NCBI RefSeq assembly: GCF_009914755.1
Contig: NC_060947.1
Length of the DNA stretch: 64,000 bases
From: the human T2T-CHM13v2.0 reference genome, Homo sapiens
Strand: one strand, 5' to 3'
Translations under genes and position numbers: made by a program
Shown: in pieces, positions 59,995-64,000 of the stretch
Layout: every line of letters begins with the position of its first letter
Position numbering within the stretch: position 1 is the first letter of the stretch
The notes under the pieces: generated by a model
The model's database searches: none
Seen by the model: the letters and a program-made list of their open reading frames with translations, nothing else
Told to the model about the DNA's origin: nothing

Positions 59995-60216
59995 TTCTTT
60001 CTTCCTTTTGTTTTTTTGAGACAGGATCTCACTCTGTCACCCAGGCTGCAGTGCAGTGGCACAATCGGCTCACTGCAGCCTCGACCCCCCAGCCTCAAGT
60101 GATACTCCCACCTCAGCCTCGTAAAGCTGGGACCACAGGTGCACACCACCACACCTGGCTAATTTTTGTATTTTTGTAGAGACAGAGTTTGACCATGTTG
60201 CCCAGGTTGGTCTCAA
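59995..60216 (-). mobile_element. AluJ lacking its 5' end
   Basis: Reverse Alu stops at ggttggtctcaa and runs straight into L1 sequence. Confidence 0.88.
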
Positions 60217-60223
60217 CCTGAGT

Positions 60224-60592
60224 ATACTACTCAGCCATTGAAAGGAACGAAATAAGATCTTTTGCAGCAACTTGGATGGAGCTGGAGGCCATTATTCTAA
60301 GTGAAGTAACAAAGGAGTAGAAAACCAAAAACTGTATGTTCTCACTTATAAGTGGGAGCTAAGCTATGAGTATATACAAAGGCATGCAAAGTGATATAAT
60401 GGACTTTAGGGACTCAGAAGGGGGAGGGTGAAAGGAAAGCCAGAGACAAAAAAGAAAACTACACATTAGGTACAATATACACTACTCTGGTGATTCATGG
60501 ACTAAAATCTCAGAATTCACCACTATATATTTCATCCATGTAACAAAAAACTACTTGTACCCCAAAAGCTATTGAAATAAAAATTTTAAAAA
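60224..60592 (+). mobile_element. L1MA/L1PB-type 3' end
   Basis: atactactcagcc ... gttctcacttataagtgggagctaagctatgag ... aaagctattgaaataaaaa. Confidence 0.82.

Positions 60593-64000
<3,408 letters not shown>

Overview
Primate (most likely human) genomic DNA lying entirely inside the X-linked glypican-3 gene (GPC3), which is transcribed on the minus strand. I can read constitutive exon 4 (27158-27025, 134 nt, furin site RQYR/S), exon 5 (19626-19501, 126 nt) and a 69-nt in-frame cassette exon (31403-31335, ETEKKIWHFKYPIFFLCIGLDLQ) that the ORF track misses. The rest is intron filled with about 20 Alu/FLAM/FRAM elements, MIR and L2 relics, several L1s, MaLR/ERVL/ERV1 LTRs and hAT DNA transposons. 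I see no evidence for a wholly new biological system. The best leads are the repeat-embedded cassette exon, inverted Alus bracketing exons 4-5 (circRNA/editing), a sense THE1 LTR that has lost its poly(A) signal, an antisense LTR cluster with a HERV-E-type solo LTR and DUX4 motifs, a 5'-inverted mini-L1PA2 and a 152-bp tandem duplication. Gene, isoform and repeat-subfamily names come from recalled sequences, not searches, and most repeat boundaries are approximate.
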